Source of the DNA: Aigarchaeota archaeon
GTDB taxonomy: Archaea > Thermoproteota > Nitrososphaeria_A > Caldarchaeales > Wolframiiraptoraceae
DNA length: 24,000 nt
Direction: 5' to 3'
Assembly (NCBI GenBank): GCA_025058515.1
Contig: JANXDW010000015.1
Coordinates: 16,937-40,936 of the forward strand
The notes below the pieces were generated by a model. It ran no database searches. It saw only the letters and a program-made list of their open reading frames with translations, and was not told where the DNA came from. Shown here in pieces: positions 1-9,159 of this stretch. The translations under genes and the position numbers were made by a program. How positions within the stretch are numbered: the stretch's first letter is position 1; each line of letters starts with the position of its first letter.

Positions 1-1
1 C

Positions 2-1375
2 TACAAACCAGATTCTGGTGAGATATACATAGAGGGGAGGCGTGTAGAGATAAGATCTCCTAAAGAAGCAATAAAACTAGGTATAGGTATGGTTCATCAA
101 AACTTCAAACTCATTCCTCAACATACTGTACTTGAGAATGTAATTCTTGGGTTAAAAGATGTGGGATTCATAATAGATAGTAAGAAGATTGGAGAAGAGA
201 TAAAGAAGTTAGCAGAACAATATAATTGGAAGATAGATCCTCACGTATTTGTCTGGCAGCTCTCAGCTGGAGAGAAGCAGCAGGTTGAGTTGTTAAAGAT
301 TCTATATAGAAAGGCCAAGATACTGATCTTAGATGAACCTACATCTGTTCTAACTCCTCAAGAATGCAAGTATCTATTTTATGCTCTAAGAATGATGGTG
401 AAGGAAGGTAGAGGAGTCATCTTTATTACACATAAGTTAGATGAAGCTCTAGCTATCAGCGATCGAGTAACTGTAATGAGAAGGGGGAAGGTCGTAGCGA
501 CAAAGAATACTTGGGAGACGGATATTAAAGAGCTTGCGAGCTTCATGATCGGTAGACCAGTACTCTTCAATATTGAAAAGAATAAAACATATTCAGATGA
601 AGAATTAGTTATAGTGAGAAACTTGAAAGTTTTCAACGACGCTGGTGTACTCTCATTGAAGAACGTAAACTTAACGATAAGGAAGAATGAGATCTTCGGT
701 ATAATCGGTGTAACTGGGAATGGGCAGCAAGAATTAGCAGAAGTCTTAGCTGGTTTAAGGAGACCAGTAGATGGAGAGATAATAATTGATGGTATAAAGA
801 TTGTTGATCCAAATCCTCAGAAGATGATAGAACTCGGTGTAGCATATATCCCTCCAGAACCTATGAAGTACGGGGTAGCTCCAAACCTCTCCGTAATAGA
901 CAACCTATTTCTAAAAGCTTATAGGTATAGACCATACTCAAAGAAGATATTCATAGATATAAAGAAGATGGAGAAGAAAGCTGAAGAAATTGTAGAAAAG
1001 TTTAACATAGTTTGTCCAAGTCCTTCTATCAAAGTTAGGTCACTATCTGGTGGAAATATACAGAGGTTAATCCTCGCTAGAGAACTCTCAGAATTGATCG
1101 GAGGAGTAAGGTCGAAGCTTATTATTGCAACTTATCCAACTAAAGGTTTAGATATAGCTGCTGCAGAATTCTTAAACAAGAGCTTAATAGAGTATAGTAA
1201 GCTAGGTACAAGTATACTCTATATCACAGAAGATATAGAAGAAGCAATGATGGTTTGCGATAGAATTGGAGTTATTCATGATGGAAAGATCGTTGGAACA
1301 TTTAAGCCAGGTGAAGTAAGTGTAGAAAAGATAGGTTTGATGATGGCTGGAGCAGATGCTTCAATCTCATCTTAG
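2..1375 (+). CDS. ABC transporter ATP-binding protein, tandem-ATPase type (BMP/CUT2 sugar-nucleoside uptake family); 5' end cut by window edge
   Basis: Frame 2 is open from the window edge (YKPDSGEIYIEGRRVEIRSPKEAIKLGIGMVHQNF...), so the ATG at 89 is internal. Domain 1 has Q-loop HQ, signature LSAGEKQQ, Walker B ILILDEP and H-loop ITHK. Domain 2 has P-loop variant GVTGNGQQEL and signature LSGGNIQR. Two cognate permease genes follow. Confidence 0.9.
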   Translation, partial: YKPDSGEIYIEGRRVEIRSPKEAIKLGIGMVHQNFKLIPQHTVLENVILGLKDVGFIIDSKKIGEEIKKLAEQYNWKIDPHVFVWQLSAGEKQQVELLKILYRKAKILILDEPTSVLTPQECKYLFYALRMMVKEGRGVIFITHKLDEALAISDRVTVMRRGKVVATKNTWETDIKELASFMIGRPVLFNIEKNKTYSDEELVIVRNLKVFNDAGVLSLKNVNLTIRKNEIFGIIGVTGNGQQELAEVLAGLRRPVDGEIIIDGIKIVDPNPQKMIELGVAYIPPEPMKYGVAPNLSVIDNLFLKAYRYRPYSKKIFIDIKKMEKKAEEIVEKFNIVCPSPSIKVRSLSGGNIQRLILARELSELIGGVRSKLIIATYPTKGLDIAAAEFLNKSLIEYSKLGTSILYITEDIEEAMMVCDRIGVIHDGKIVGTFKPGEVSVEKIGLMMAGADASISS

Positions 1376-2496
1376 TGGTGGTGAAGTTGATTAAATATCG
1401 CTTGAGACCAAATGTAGTAGTCAAGATAGAGAGAAGACTCCATTATCCTCGTAAACTATCAGTCTTATCAACGATATTAAGCATCTTGATAGCTTTCGGA
1501 GTAGCTGGAGCTGCACTTACTATACTAGGTGCAGATGCATTAATAGCTTATAGCCAGATAATCGCAGTCTTCATTACACCTTCACTACTGATCGAGACTA
1601 TCAAGTACGCTATCCCAATAGGATTTGCAGCATTAGGCTTAAACATAGCCTTCAGAATGAATTTCTGGAATATCGGGGCAGAAGGCCAGATATATCTAGG
1701 AATGTTTGCATCTACAGGCATAGTTCTACTCCATGTATACTATGGAATGTTCCCAGAGTACTTTGTACTCCCAATGATGATCGTAACATCGTTTATAGCT
1801 GGAGGTGCATGGTGTGCCCTCCCTTCTTTTCTTAAAGCAAAGATGAAGGTAAATGAGATACTTACAACATTGATGATGAACTATATAGCTATATACTTTG
1901 TAGATTACTTAATATATGGACCGTGGAGAGATCCAAAAGGGTTTGGATTTCCCTTATCAATACCTTTCCCAGAATATGCTAAACTAACCTTAATCTTTGG
2001 CGAATCCACCTACCTAGGGTCGATCCTCTTCATAGCTATGGCAACACTAGTCTACTGTATCTTAAAGTATACTAAACTTGGGTTTGAGTTAAAGATTGTT
2101 GGAGAAAGCCTAGATACAGCAAGATATGCAGGAACCAACTTAACTAAAGTTATTACTCTTGGAGGTTTCCTATCTGGAGGTTTCGCAGGATTAGGTGGAT
2201 TAACGATAGTGAGCGGTATTATCGGGAGACTTAGACCTAGAGCATCGGCTGGGTATGGCTACACAGCGATAATAGTAACTCTTCTATCAACGCTCAATCC
2301 ATGGTTAATAATACCTACGAGCATCTTCTTCGGAGGATTATTTGTAGCTGGGAACACACTTCAAGTAACATTAAACATACCTGGAGCTACCATAGAGATG
2401 TTACAAGCATTAATATTCTTATTCATATTATTTGGAGAATTGTTCAAGCGTTATAAGATAACTATACTCACGGGAGGTGGTAAACCTGAGCCTTGA
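1375..2496 (+). CDS. ABC transporter permease (BPD_transp_2 / YufP-like, BMP-family importer)
   Basis: 373 aa polytopic membrane protein with the FWNIGAEGQ motif typical of this permease family. The GTG start shares 1 nt with the upstream TAG stop, which suggests translational coupling. Confidence 0.85.
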   Translation: MVVKLIKYRLRPNVVVKIERRLHYPRKLSVLSTILSILIAFGVAGAALTILGADALIAYSQIIAVFITPSLLIETIKYAIPIGFAALGLNIAFRMNFWNIGAEGQIYLGMFASTGIVLLHVYYGMFPEYFVLPMMIVTSFIAGGAWCALPSFLKAKMKVNEILTTLMMNYIAIYFVDYLIYGPWRDPKGFGFPLSIPFPEYAKLTLIFGESTYLGSILFIAMATLVYCILKYTKLGFELKIVGESLDTARYAGTNLTKVITLGGFLSGGFAGLGGLTIVSGIIGRLRPRASAGYGYTAIIVTLLSTLNPWLIIPTSIFFGGLFVAGNTLQVTLNIPGATIEMLQALIFLFILFGELFKRYKITILTGGGKPEP

Positions 2497-3469
2497 ATGG
2501 TTTGAACAAGTATTTCAGCTAACTGTCCAGATGGGTACAATATACCTTATAGCATCTCTTGGAGAAGTCTATGCGGAACGTTCAGGGGTCTTAAATTTAG
2601 GGTTAGAAGGAATGATGATCATGGGTGCAGCAATCTCCTTCATATTCACCATAGCTTACGGTCATCTTGTAGCTATACTCATGGCCGCTCTGATTGGAGT
2701 ATTGATGAGCCTTATTCTCGCAGTCATGGCTATACATCTAAGGTTAAATCAAGTAATAGTAGGTTTGGCTTTAACATTACTTGGACTAGGTTTAAGCGGT
2801 CTCATAACATTTCCAGATATAAGAAGAAGGATACTATCATCTTTAAACCCATCTTTACCTGAGAGTATGTTGATGATACAACAAGCTGAGAAGCTTCCGG
2901 AGATCCCTATACCATTACTCTCTCAAATACCTTTAATTGGAAAAACATTCTTTACACATAATATACTCGTCTATACCTCACTTATACTTGCAATAATTAT
3001 GTGGTTTATACTCTTCAAGACTAGGTATGGACTCATTATTAGATCTGTTGGAGAAAACCCTTCTATGGCTGATTCTCTTGGTGTAAACGTTTTCCTAGTA
3101 AGATATGTAACAGTAGTGATAAGTGGATTGTTTGCAAGTCTTGCTGGAGCTTACTTCTTTATAGGTTTCCACCCATTCTGGAGAGAAGGAGTTACCGCTG
3201 GAAGAGGATTCATATCACTTGCACTCGTTATACTAGCTACATGGAATCCACTAAGAGCTATACTAGGAGCATACCTCTTCGGAGGAGTCGAGACCTTCCA
3301 GTATAGACTTCAACTATTCGGTCTAGGCGCTCAATCTCCTTACTTTTTAGCTATGCTCCCATACATTATAACAATAATAACATTAATCTTGATCTCTATC
3401 GAGAGTATTAGGAAGAGGATAGGAGTACCTGCTTCATTGGGAACACCCTACTCTAGAGAAGAAGCTTAG
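2477..3469 (+). CDS. ABC transporter permease (YufQ-like, second permease of BMP-family importer)
   Basis: 330 aa polytopic membrane protein with AERSGVLNLGLEGMM, the family motif. GTG start embedded in GGGAGGTG; 20-nt overlap with the previous permease gene. Confidence 0.85.
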   Translation: MVNLSLEWFEQVFQLTVQMGTIYLIASLGEVYAERSGVLNLGLEGMMIMGAAISFIFTIAYGHLVAILMAALIGVLMSLILAVMAIHLRLNQVIVGLALTLLGLGLSGLITFPDIRRRILSSLNPSLPESMLMIQQAEKLPEIPIPLLSQIPLIGKTFFTHNILVYTSLILAIIMWFILFKTRYGLIIRSVGENPSMADSLGVNVFLVRYVTVVISGLFASLAGAYFFIGFHPFWREGVTAGRGFISLALVILATWNPLRAILGAYLFGGVETFQYRLQLFGLGAQSPYFLAMLPYIITIITLILISIESIRKRIGVPASLGTPYSREEA

Positions 3470-3618
3470 TAGAGACCGCCATCAAGTAGATTAATTGAGA
3501 GAAGTTCACTTTATCAGATGGTTAGAGATTTACATCTAGAGGTATATTCATTAAACCAGTCGCAAATAATCTAGCTTTAAGAATCGTCAAAGACGCTTCC
3601 AGCAACTCGATGGGTATT

Positions 3619-3891
3619 TTATTCTTTCTTTTCTTCTTTTAATTCTTTCTCAAGTTCTTTCTCAATCTCTTCGATCGGCTTTGGTGGAGGAGTTGTTGCC
3701 AACGTATATCCTATCCATGCGAGTACAGCAAGCACGCCTGTTACCGCTATAAATGCTGTAACCTTCAACACTATCATCCCCCAATCTGTGAAGAATAGTA
3801 GCCAATTATAGATTATTATCCCTATGATAGATCCTATTAAGATCAATAAACCAATTAACATATCTCTATTCAATTTCTGATTCCACTCCAA
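3619..3891 (-). CDS. small hypothetical membrane protein (2 predicted TM helices, Pro-rich hinge, Glu/Lys-rich C-terminal tail)
   Basis: 90 aa ORF. It has two hydrophobic stretches (LIGLLILIGSIIGIIIYNWLLFF; VTAFIAVTGVLAVLAWIGY), then TTPPPKP and EEIEKELEKELKEEKKE. A TATAAAT-like box on the minus strand (about 3917-3925) lies about 30 nt upstream of the ATG. No family recognised. Confidence 0.5.
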   Translation of the reverse strand: MEWNQKLNRDMLIGLLILIGSIIGIIIYNWLLFFTDWGMIVLKVTAFIAVTGVLAVLAWIGYTLATTPPPKPIEEIEKELEKELKEEKKE

Positions 3892-3957
3892 TATTAGAAT
3901 CCATCATAGGGTTACATTTATACGTTTCCCATTTCATATCACAAAACAATATCAAGG

Positions 3958-4025
3958 AAATCCATCCCACTTTTGATTTCTCATACACTATTTAAATAAA
4001 CCCATCCACTTTTGATTTCTCATAC
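3958..4025. repeat. two-copy tandem direct repeat, about 28-29 nt unit, 40-nt period, in a divergent intergenic region
   Basis: Copy 1 is AAATCCATCCCACTTTTGATTTCTCATAC (3958-3986). Copy 2 is AAACCCATCCACTTTTGATTTCTCATAC (3998-4025). The 20-nt core CCACTTTTGATTTCTCATAC is identical at 3967-3986 and 4006-4025. Confidence 0.9.
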
Positions 4026-4202
4026 TAATTTTCCCCTATAAGGCTTAACCCTGCATAATCAATTCTTTCATAGCTACATAATTTCTCAATATAATTTAAC
4101 CTCGTATATGATAATACATTGGTTCTTTGACCTTCTCTAGATGGAGAGTGAAATGTCAGAAAAATACTTGTGAACTCAATATTTAGAGTTTATATCTTTG
4201 TG

Positions 4203-5516
4203 ATGCAGTTTAAAAGTCTAGAGAAATTGGATAGATTATATGTTAATCCTTCAGTTATGTGTGGTCGAATAAGAGCTCCACCTAGTAAGAGCTATACTCA
4301 TAGAGCTTATGCCTTATCTCTACTCGTAGATGGAAGAAGTATTATAGAGAGTCCACTTAAGTCGGGGGATACTCAAGCAACTTTAAGAGCATGTAAACAG
4401 TTTGGAGCCATGGTCTTTGAAGAAAATGAGTCCACCACCATCATTGGCAGTAGATTAAATTTACCTGAAGATGTAGTAGATGCAGAAAACTCTGGAACCA
4501 CTCTCAGAATTTTTACAGCTATATCTACTCTCGCTCCACCAGGATACGTAGTATTAACAGGTGATGAAAGCTTAAGGAGAAGACCTATGCAGCCACTTCT
4601 CGATGCTCTTAAACATCTAGGAGTAGAATGTTGGTCAACTAGAGGGAACGGATGTGCGCCAATTATAGTTAAATCAGGAGGTCTCAAAGGTGGAGAAACG
4701 ATCATCAGGGGAGATATATCTTCTCAGTTTATCTCAGCATTATTGATAGCTTCTACAAAAGCTAAAGAAGAAACAAGAATAAAGATTGAAAGCGATATAG
4801 TTTCAAAGAAGTATATTGATGCAACTATAGAAGTTTTAAAAAGATATGGATATACTGTTAGGAGAGATGAATACCAACTATTTATAGTAGAGCCTAACCA
4901 ATCTGGACGCTCAACACATTTCAAGATACCTGGAGATTTTAGCTCTGCCTCTTTTATTCTTGCTGGAGCATACTTAACAAATGGAAAGGTTGAGGTAGAG
5001 AATCTTAGCCTAGAGCTTCCACAAGCAGACTCAGCAATAATCGATATTCTTAAAGATTTTGATAATAAAGTCTACATCAATAGTTCTAAGATAGTTGTTG
5101 AAAGCTCTGGGATAAGTTCAGGTGATAGAGAATACGATCTTAAAGATTCTCCAGACCTTGTCCCAGTAGTTGCGGTAATGGCCTCCAAGTCTATTGGAGA
5201 AACGATTATTAAAGGTGTTAAACATGCAAGATTTAAAGAGAGTGATAGAATTACGTCAACTGCGATAGAATTGAGGAAGCTAGGTGTAGACGTAGAAGTA
5301 TATGAAGATGGTATGAAGATACGTGGTAAAGAAGAGATCGAGGGAGGAGTAGAATTGGATCCACATAATGATCATCGATTATCTATGGCCTTCTCGATAC
5401 TAGCAGCATCTACAAAAAGAGGATGTATAATCAGTGGATTAAGGTGGGCTGAGATCTCTTACCCAAACTTCTTAGAAGACTTAAAGAGATTAAACATCTC
5501 ATTTAGAGAAGTTTAA
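4203..5516 (+). CDS. aroA: 3-phosphoshikimate 1-carboxyvinyltransferase (EPSP synthase)
   Basis: Contains GRIRAPPSKSYTHRA (the G-x-APxSKS motif), ENSGTTLR, RRRPM and DHRLSMAF. The ORF opens at GTG 4170, but ATG 4203 (MQFKSLEK...) gives a family-typical N-terminal length. The start is uncertain between 4170 and 4203. Confidence 0.92.
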   Translation: MQFKSLEKLDRLYVNPSVMCGRIRAPPSKSYTHRAYALSLLVDGRSIIESPLKSGDTQATLRACKQFGAMVFEENESTTIIGSRLNLPEDVVDAENSGTTLRIFTAISTLAPPGYVVLTGDESLRRRPMQPLLDALKHLGVECWSTRGNGCAPIIVKSGGLKGGETIIRGDISSQFISALLIASTKAKEETRIKIESDIVSKKYIDATIEVLKRYGYTVRRDEYQLFIVEPNQSGRSTHFKIPGDFSSASFILAGAYLTNGKVEVENLSLELPQADSAIIDILKDFDNKVYINSSKIVVESSGISSGDREYDLKDSPDLVPVVAVMASKSIGETIIKGVKHARFKESDRITSTAIELRKLGVDVEVYEDGMKIRGKEEIEGGVELDPHNDHRLSMAFSILAASTKRGCIISGLRWAEISYPNFLEDLKRLNISFREV

Positions 5517-5690
5517 AAACTAAGATATTATCGATAGAGTTTAGATGTATCCATCTTAACGTAGAAAGTCGTGATAGCATTTAACCAGTAGATTTAGAAT
5601 AGAACTGGTCAATATTTGGTTAGAAGAATTCAAAAGCATTATAACTAGAAATCTTGATAAATTTGGAAAATATGTTATTAAAGGGTAGGT

Positions 5691-6791
5691 GTGACTGGAA
5701 ACATTTTTGGTAAGAGATTTGTAGTAGTAAGCTTTGGTGAAAGCCATGGTAGATGTATTGGTGCAGTAGTAGATGGATGTCCAGCTGGACTAGAACTCTC
5801 AGAAATAGATATTCAAAGAGAGCTGGATTTAAGGAAGCCTGGAATCTCAGAAGTCTCTACAAAGAGAGTAGAAGAAGATAGAGTAGAGATCTTATCAGGG
5901 GTCTTCAATGGATTTACTACAGGTGCACCGATATGCATGATCGTCTGGAATCGAGATATAGAGAGTAGAGATTATGAAGCATTAAGATATAGACCTAGAC
6001 CAAGTCATGCAGATTATTTTGCATACGTAAAGTATGGAGGATTCAATGATTATAGAGGTGGAGGAAGATTCTCTGGCAGAATAACAGTAAGCTTCGTTAT
6101 GGCGGGAGCAGTAGCCAAGAAGCTTTTAAAGAAGTTGCTTGGCATAGAGATTCTAGCCTACTCATTAGAGATAGGTGGAGAGAGAGCGGAGAACTTCACA
6201 CTTGAAGATGTTAAGAATATAAGGTATGAGAATGATGTAAGAGCACCGACCCATGAATCTGCTAAGAGAATGAAAGAGAAAATTTTAGAGGTTATGTCTA
6301 AAGGAGACAGTGTAGGTGGGATAATTGAATGTATCGCAATAGGATTACCTATAGGGTTGGGTGAACCGGTATTCGATGCTCTTGACTCTGATCTAGCAAA
6401 AGCACTTCTCTCTATACCAGGAGTTAAAGGTGTAGAATTTGGAGCAGGCTTTAAAGCATCTAAGATGCTCGGCTCTCAACATAATGATCCCATGACGATC
6501 CATGATAGAGAGATAGTTATCCAGAAGAATAATGCTGGAGGAGTTGTTGGAGGACTCTCAACTGGAGCACCATTAATCTTTAGAGTTGTAGTTAAACCTC
6601 CATCATCTATAGCCATAAAGCAGAAGACAGTAGATATCATAGAAAAAAGAGAGGTAGAGATCATTGTAACGGGTAGACACGATCCATGTATCGTTCCAAG
6701 AGCAGTACCAGTAGTTGAATCTATAACAGCTATAGTATTAGCTGACCATGCTATAAGAGGAGGGTTTATTCCCACAGTCATAAAAGATTGA
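5691..6791 (+). CDS. aroC: chorismate synthase
   Basis: N-terminal FGKRFVVVSFGESHG, plus RPSHADY and GRHDPCIVPRA, all hallmark chorismate synthase motifs. GTG start preceded by the SD-like AGGGTAGGTG. Confidence 0.93.
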   Translation: MTGNIFGKRFVVVSFGESHGRCIGAVVDGCPAGLELSEIDIQRELDLRKPGISEVSTKRVEEDRVEILSGVFNGFTTGAPICMIVWNRDIESRDYEALRYRPRPSHADYFAYVKYGGFNDYRGGGRFSGRITVSFVMAGAVAKKLLKKLLGIEILAYSLEIGGERAENFTLEDVKNIRYENDVRAPTHESAKRMKEKILEVMSKGDSVGGIIECIAIGLPIGLGEPVFDALDSDLAKALLSIPGVKGVEFGAGFKASKMLGSQHNDPMTIHDREIVIQKNNAGGVVGGLSTGAPLIFRVVVKPPSSIAIKQKTVDIIEKREVEIIVTGRHDPCIVPRAVPVVESITAIVLADHAIRGGFIPTVIKD

Positions 6792-6803
6792 TCTCGAAGA
6801 TAG

Positions 6804-7454
6804 TTGGTGAAGTCTGTGGTATGGGTTTCAGTAGGAGTAGATTTAGCAGGATCACAGAAGAGAAGAACTGGATTGTGTAGGATGTCCATGAACCTCTACT
6901 CTGAAACATGTGTAAAGAAAAGTGATGAAGATATTTTGAGCTTTATCTTATCATCAGACCCAGAGATCGTAGCTGTAGATGCACCTCTCAGTATGCCTAA
7001 AGATAGAGAGTATTTTCGGATCTGTGATAAAAAACTATTAGAGATGGGCATACGCATAATTCCACCAAGATTTAAAAGTATGAAGATGCTTACTGAGAGA
7101 GCGATAATCTTGAAGAAGAAACTTGAAGAACATGGATTCGAGGTGATTGAAGTTTATCCAAGTGCTGCTCAAGATATCTTGAAGATACCGAGGAGGAGTG
7201 AAGGGATAGATTCTTTAAGAGAAGGTTTGATGAAGATAGGTGTTAAAGGATTTAGATCAGATGAATGTATCCACGAACTCGATGCGGTTACATGTGCTTT
7301 GACAGGTATAGCTTATCTAAGAAATTGTTATATTGCAGTTGGAGATCCTTCTGAATGCATAGTTATCCTACCCACGTATGATATAATTGAAAAATCAAGA
7401 GTTGGAATACACTCACCTAACCATCAAATCTCGAGAAAAGAGAAAAATGATTAG
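6804..7454 (+). CDS. DUF429-family protein (COG2410-like predicted RNase H-fold nuclease)
   Basis: VGVDLAGSQKRRTGL near the N-terminus, VAVDAPLSMP, IEVYPSAA and HELDAVTCAL match my recollection of the DUF429 pattern (GIDLAGS..R.TG / IDAPL / EvyP / hE.DA). It starts 12 nt after the aroC stop. The start could be GTG 6804 or GTG 6813. Confidence 0.6.
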   Translation: MVKSVVWVSVGVDLAGSQKRRTGLCRMSMNLYSETCVKKSDEDILSFILSSDPEIVAVDAPLSMPKDREYFRICDKKLLEMGIRIIPPRFKSMKMLTERAIILKKKLEEHGFEVIEVYPSAAQDILKIPRRSEGIDSLREGLMKIGVKGFRSDECIHELDAVTCALTGIAYLRNCYIAVGDPSECIVILPTYDIIEKSRVGIHSPNHQISRKEKND

Positions 7455-7531
7455 TTAAACTTAGCTATTGGATCGCTATCTCTCTAAAGATATGTATGTA
7501 TAAATTTTCTAAATTTACCTTGGAGTTAGAA

Positions 7532-7864
7532 TTAACTCTTTTTATCTTTTTTAACTTCATTTGAGATCCATTCGAGATACCTACTGTATCCAGAGATGAT
7601 CGGTAAAGCTATAATCTCAGGTACTTCATAACTATGTACTTCCTTAATCGTATTCTCTATATCAGCATATTTACTGGACTCCGTCTTTATCAAGCAGATC
7701 CATTCCCGAGCTTCCTCCATTTGATCTTTCCACCAATACATAGATTTAATAGGACCTATAATCTGTACACAAGCTGCCAACCTATCTCTAAGAAGTCTTT
7801 TAGCAATCTCTTCTGCTTTAGCTTCAGAATCAATCGTTGTTAAAACTTGAATATACTTGCTCAT
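7532..7864 (-). CDS. cutA: divalent-cation tolerance protein CutA
   Basis: 110 aa with RLAACVQIIGPIKSMYWWKDQ...LIKT...HSYEVPEIIALPI...YLEWI, the canonical CutA1 pattern. Confidence 0.88.
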   Translation of the reverse strand: MSKYIQVLTTIDSEAKAEEIAKRLLRDRLAACVQIIGPIKSMYWWKDQMEEAREWICLIKTESSKYADIENTIKEVHSYEVPEIIALPIISGYSRYLEWISNEVKKDKKS

Positions 7865-8020
7865 ACATGTAGGTTATAATTAAAGCATCATAATAATATT
7901 ATCATCATCTCTATGAATCAAAATATTTCTAATGCAAAAATTTATACCGTAAAAAGATTTTTTAAAGTGACTAGTAGGTATATGTTGGTTAATCTTTTCT
8001 AAAATAAGGTTAAATATTGG

Positions 8021-9133
8021 ATGGATCATCCATCCATCATGAAAAAATATCTACAACTAGCTCTTTTAGTAGTCTTAGTAGTTAGCATCGGGCTAAATCT
8101 CTATCTAGCTACATCTTTGGGAAACGTTAAGACCGAAACCCAATATGTTACGTCTCAGACAACGGTAACAGTTACCACTGAGATCACTTACACCAAGACA
8201 ACTAATGTTAGAGAAACCGTTTATCCATTGAGAATAATAGATTTTATGAATAGAGAAGTTATCATAACTGATAAACCTAGAAGGATAATCTCATGTGCTC
8301 CTAGTAATACTGAGATCTTAGGAAGTTTAGGATTAATAAGCTACATCGTAGGTGTAGACGAGTTCAGCGATTATCCTCTTGAGGTAAAGAAACTTAGAGA
8401 TGAGGGTTCTATAGTAAATATCGGTGGTGTAGTCACTCTTAATGTAGAGAAGATCGTAGAACTTAAGCCTGATATCGTATTCATTAGCGCAAACCTCCAG
8501 GGAAAACTAGTACCCATCTTAGAAGAGAAAGGATTAACTGTAGTAGCTCTAGAAGCTAATAATATTCTCGATGTTTATAGAGGGATTATACTCATTGGAA
8601 AGATTATGAATATTGAAGAAGAGGCATTAAAAGTTGTAAACAATATTAGAGATAAGATAGACTCCATTCAGTTAAAGCTTGCGAATGTTCAATCTAAGAA
8701 GAGCATCATCGGTGTTATATGGCTTGAACCCATATGGGCTAGTGGAAGCAATACCTTCCTCAACGATATCATTAGTTTAGCAGGTGGATACAACTCTCTA
8801 ATAGATTCTAATGGATGGATTATGTCCAGCCCTGAGACTATTGTAGTTAGAAATCCTGAAGTAATCCTCGTTACAGCTATGTCTATTGGGTTAAAGCCTG
8901 ATGAAGTATTGGAAAAGATCAAGAATATCCAAGGAATGAGCTCTGTAGATGCAGTAAAAAATGATAACATCTACTTATTATATGGACAGGCTGAGAACAT
9001 ATTTCTTAGACCTGGACCGAGAATAGGAGAAGCAGTAGAATTATTAGCTAAGATACTTTACCCAGAGGTATTCAAGGTGAAGATTCCAAATGTTATTGGA
9101 GATGATTATAGAGAATACTTATCAGTAGGTTAA
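8021..9133 (+). CDS. ABC transporter substrate-binding protein, Peripla_BP_2 type (iron-chelate/cobalamin, BtuF/FhuD-like), membrane-anchored
   Basis: N-terminal TM anchor (LQLALLVVLVVSIGLNLYL), then a Thr/Val-rich linker (TQYVTSQTTVTVTTEITYTKTT). The body shows RIISCAPSNTEIL, VGVDEFSDYP and LKPDIVF, typical of the family. The start may instead be ATG 8039. A FecCD permease follows. Confidence 0.8.
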   Translation: MDHPSIMKKYLQLALLVVLVVSIGLNLYLATSLGNVKTETQYVTSQTTVTVTTEITYTKTTNVRETVYPLRIIDFMNREVIITDKPRRIISCAPSNTEILGSLGLISYIVGVDEFSDYPLEVKKLRDEGSIVNIGGVVTLNVEKIVELKPDIVFISANLQGKLVPILEEKGLTVVALEANNILDVYRGIILIGKIMNIEEEALKVVNNIRDKIDSIQLKLANVQSKKSIIGVIWLEPIWASGSNTFLNDIISLAGGYNSLIDSNGWIMSSPETIVVRNPEVILVTAMSIGLKPDEVLEKIKNIQGMSSVDAVKNDNIYLLYGQAENIFLRPGPRIGEAVELLAKILYPEVFKVKIPNVIGDDYREYLSVG

Positions 9134-9159
9134 AGTAAATGTGAGCTGAGTGTTCTATA

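Noticed and set aside
3958-4025. Possible mini-CRISPR array, given repeats of about 25-29 nt.
   Set aside because: There are only two copies, the sequence between them is only about 11 nt, and there are no cas genes or further repeats. This is a simple tandem duplication or regulatory repeat.
4141-4173. A 10-codon upstream ORF (MESEMSEKYL) ahead of aroA, as a possible aromatic amino-acid attenuator leader peptide.
   Set aside because: It has no run of Trp, Phe or Tyr codons (a single Tyr) and no obvious alternative hairpins. Leader-peptide attenuation is not an established archaeal mechanism. It also overlaps the alternative GTG 4170 start.
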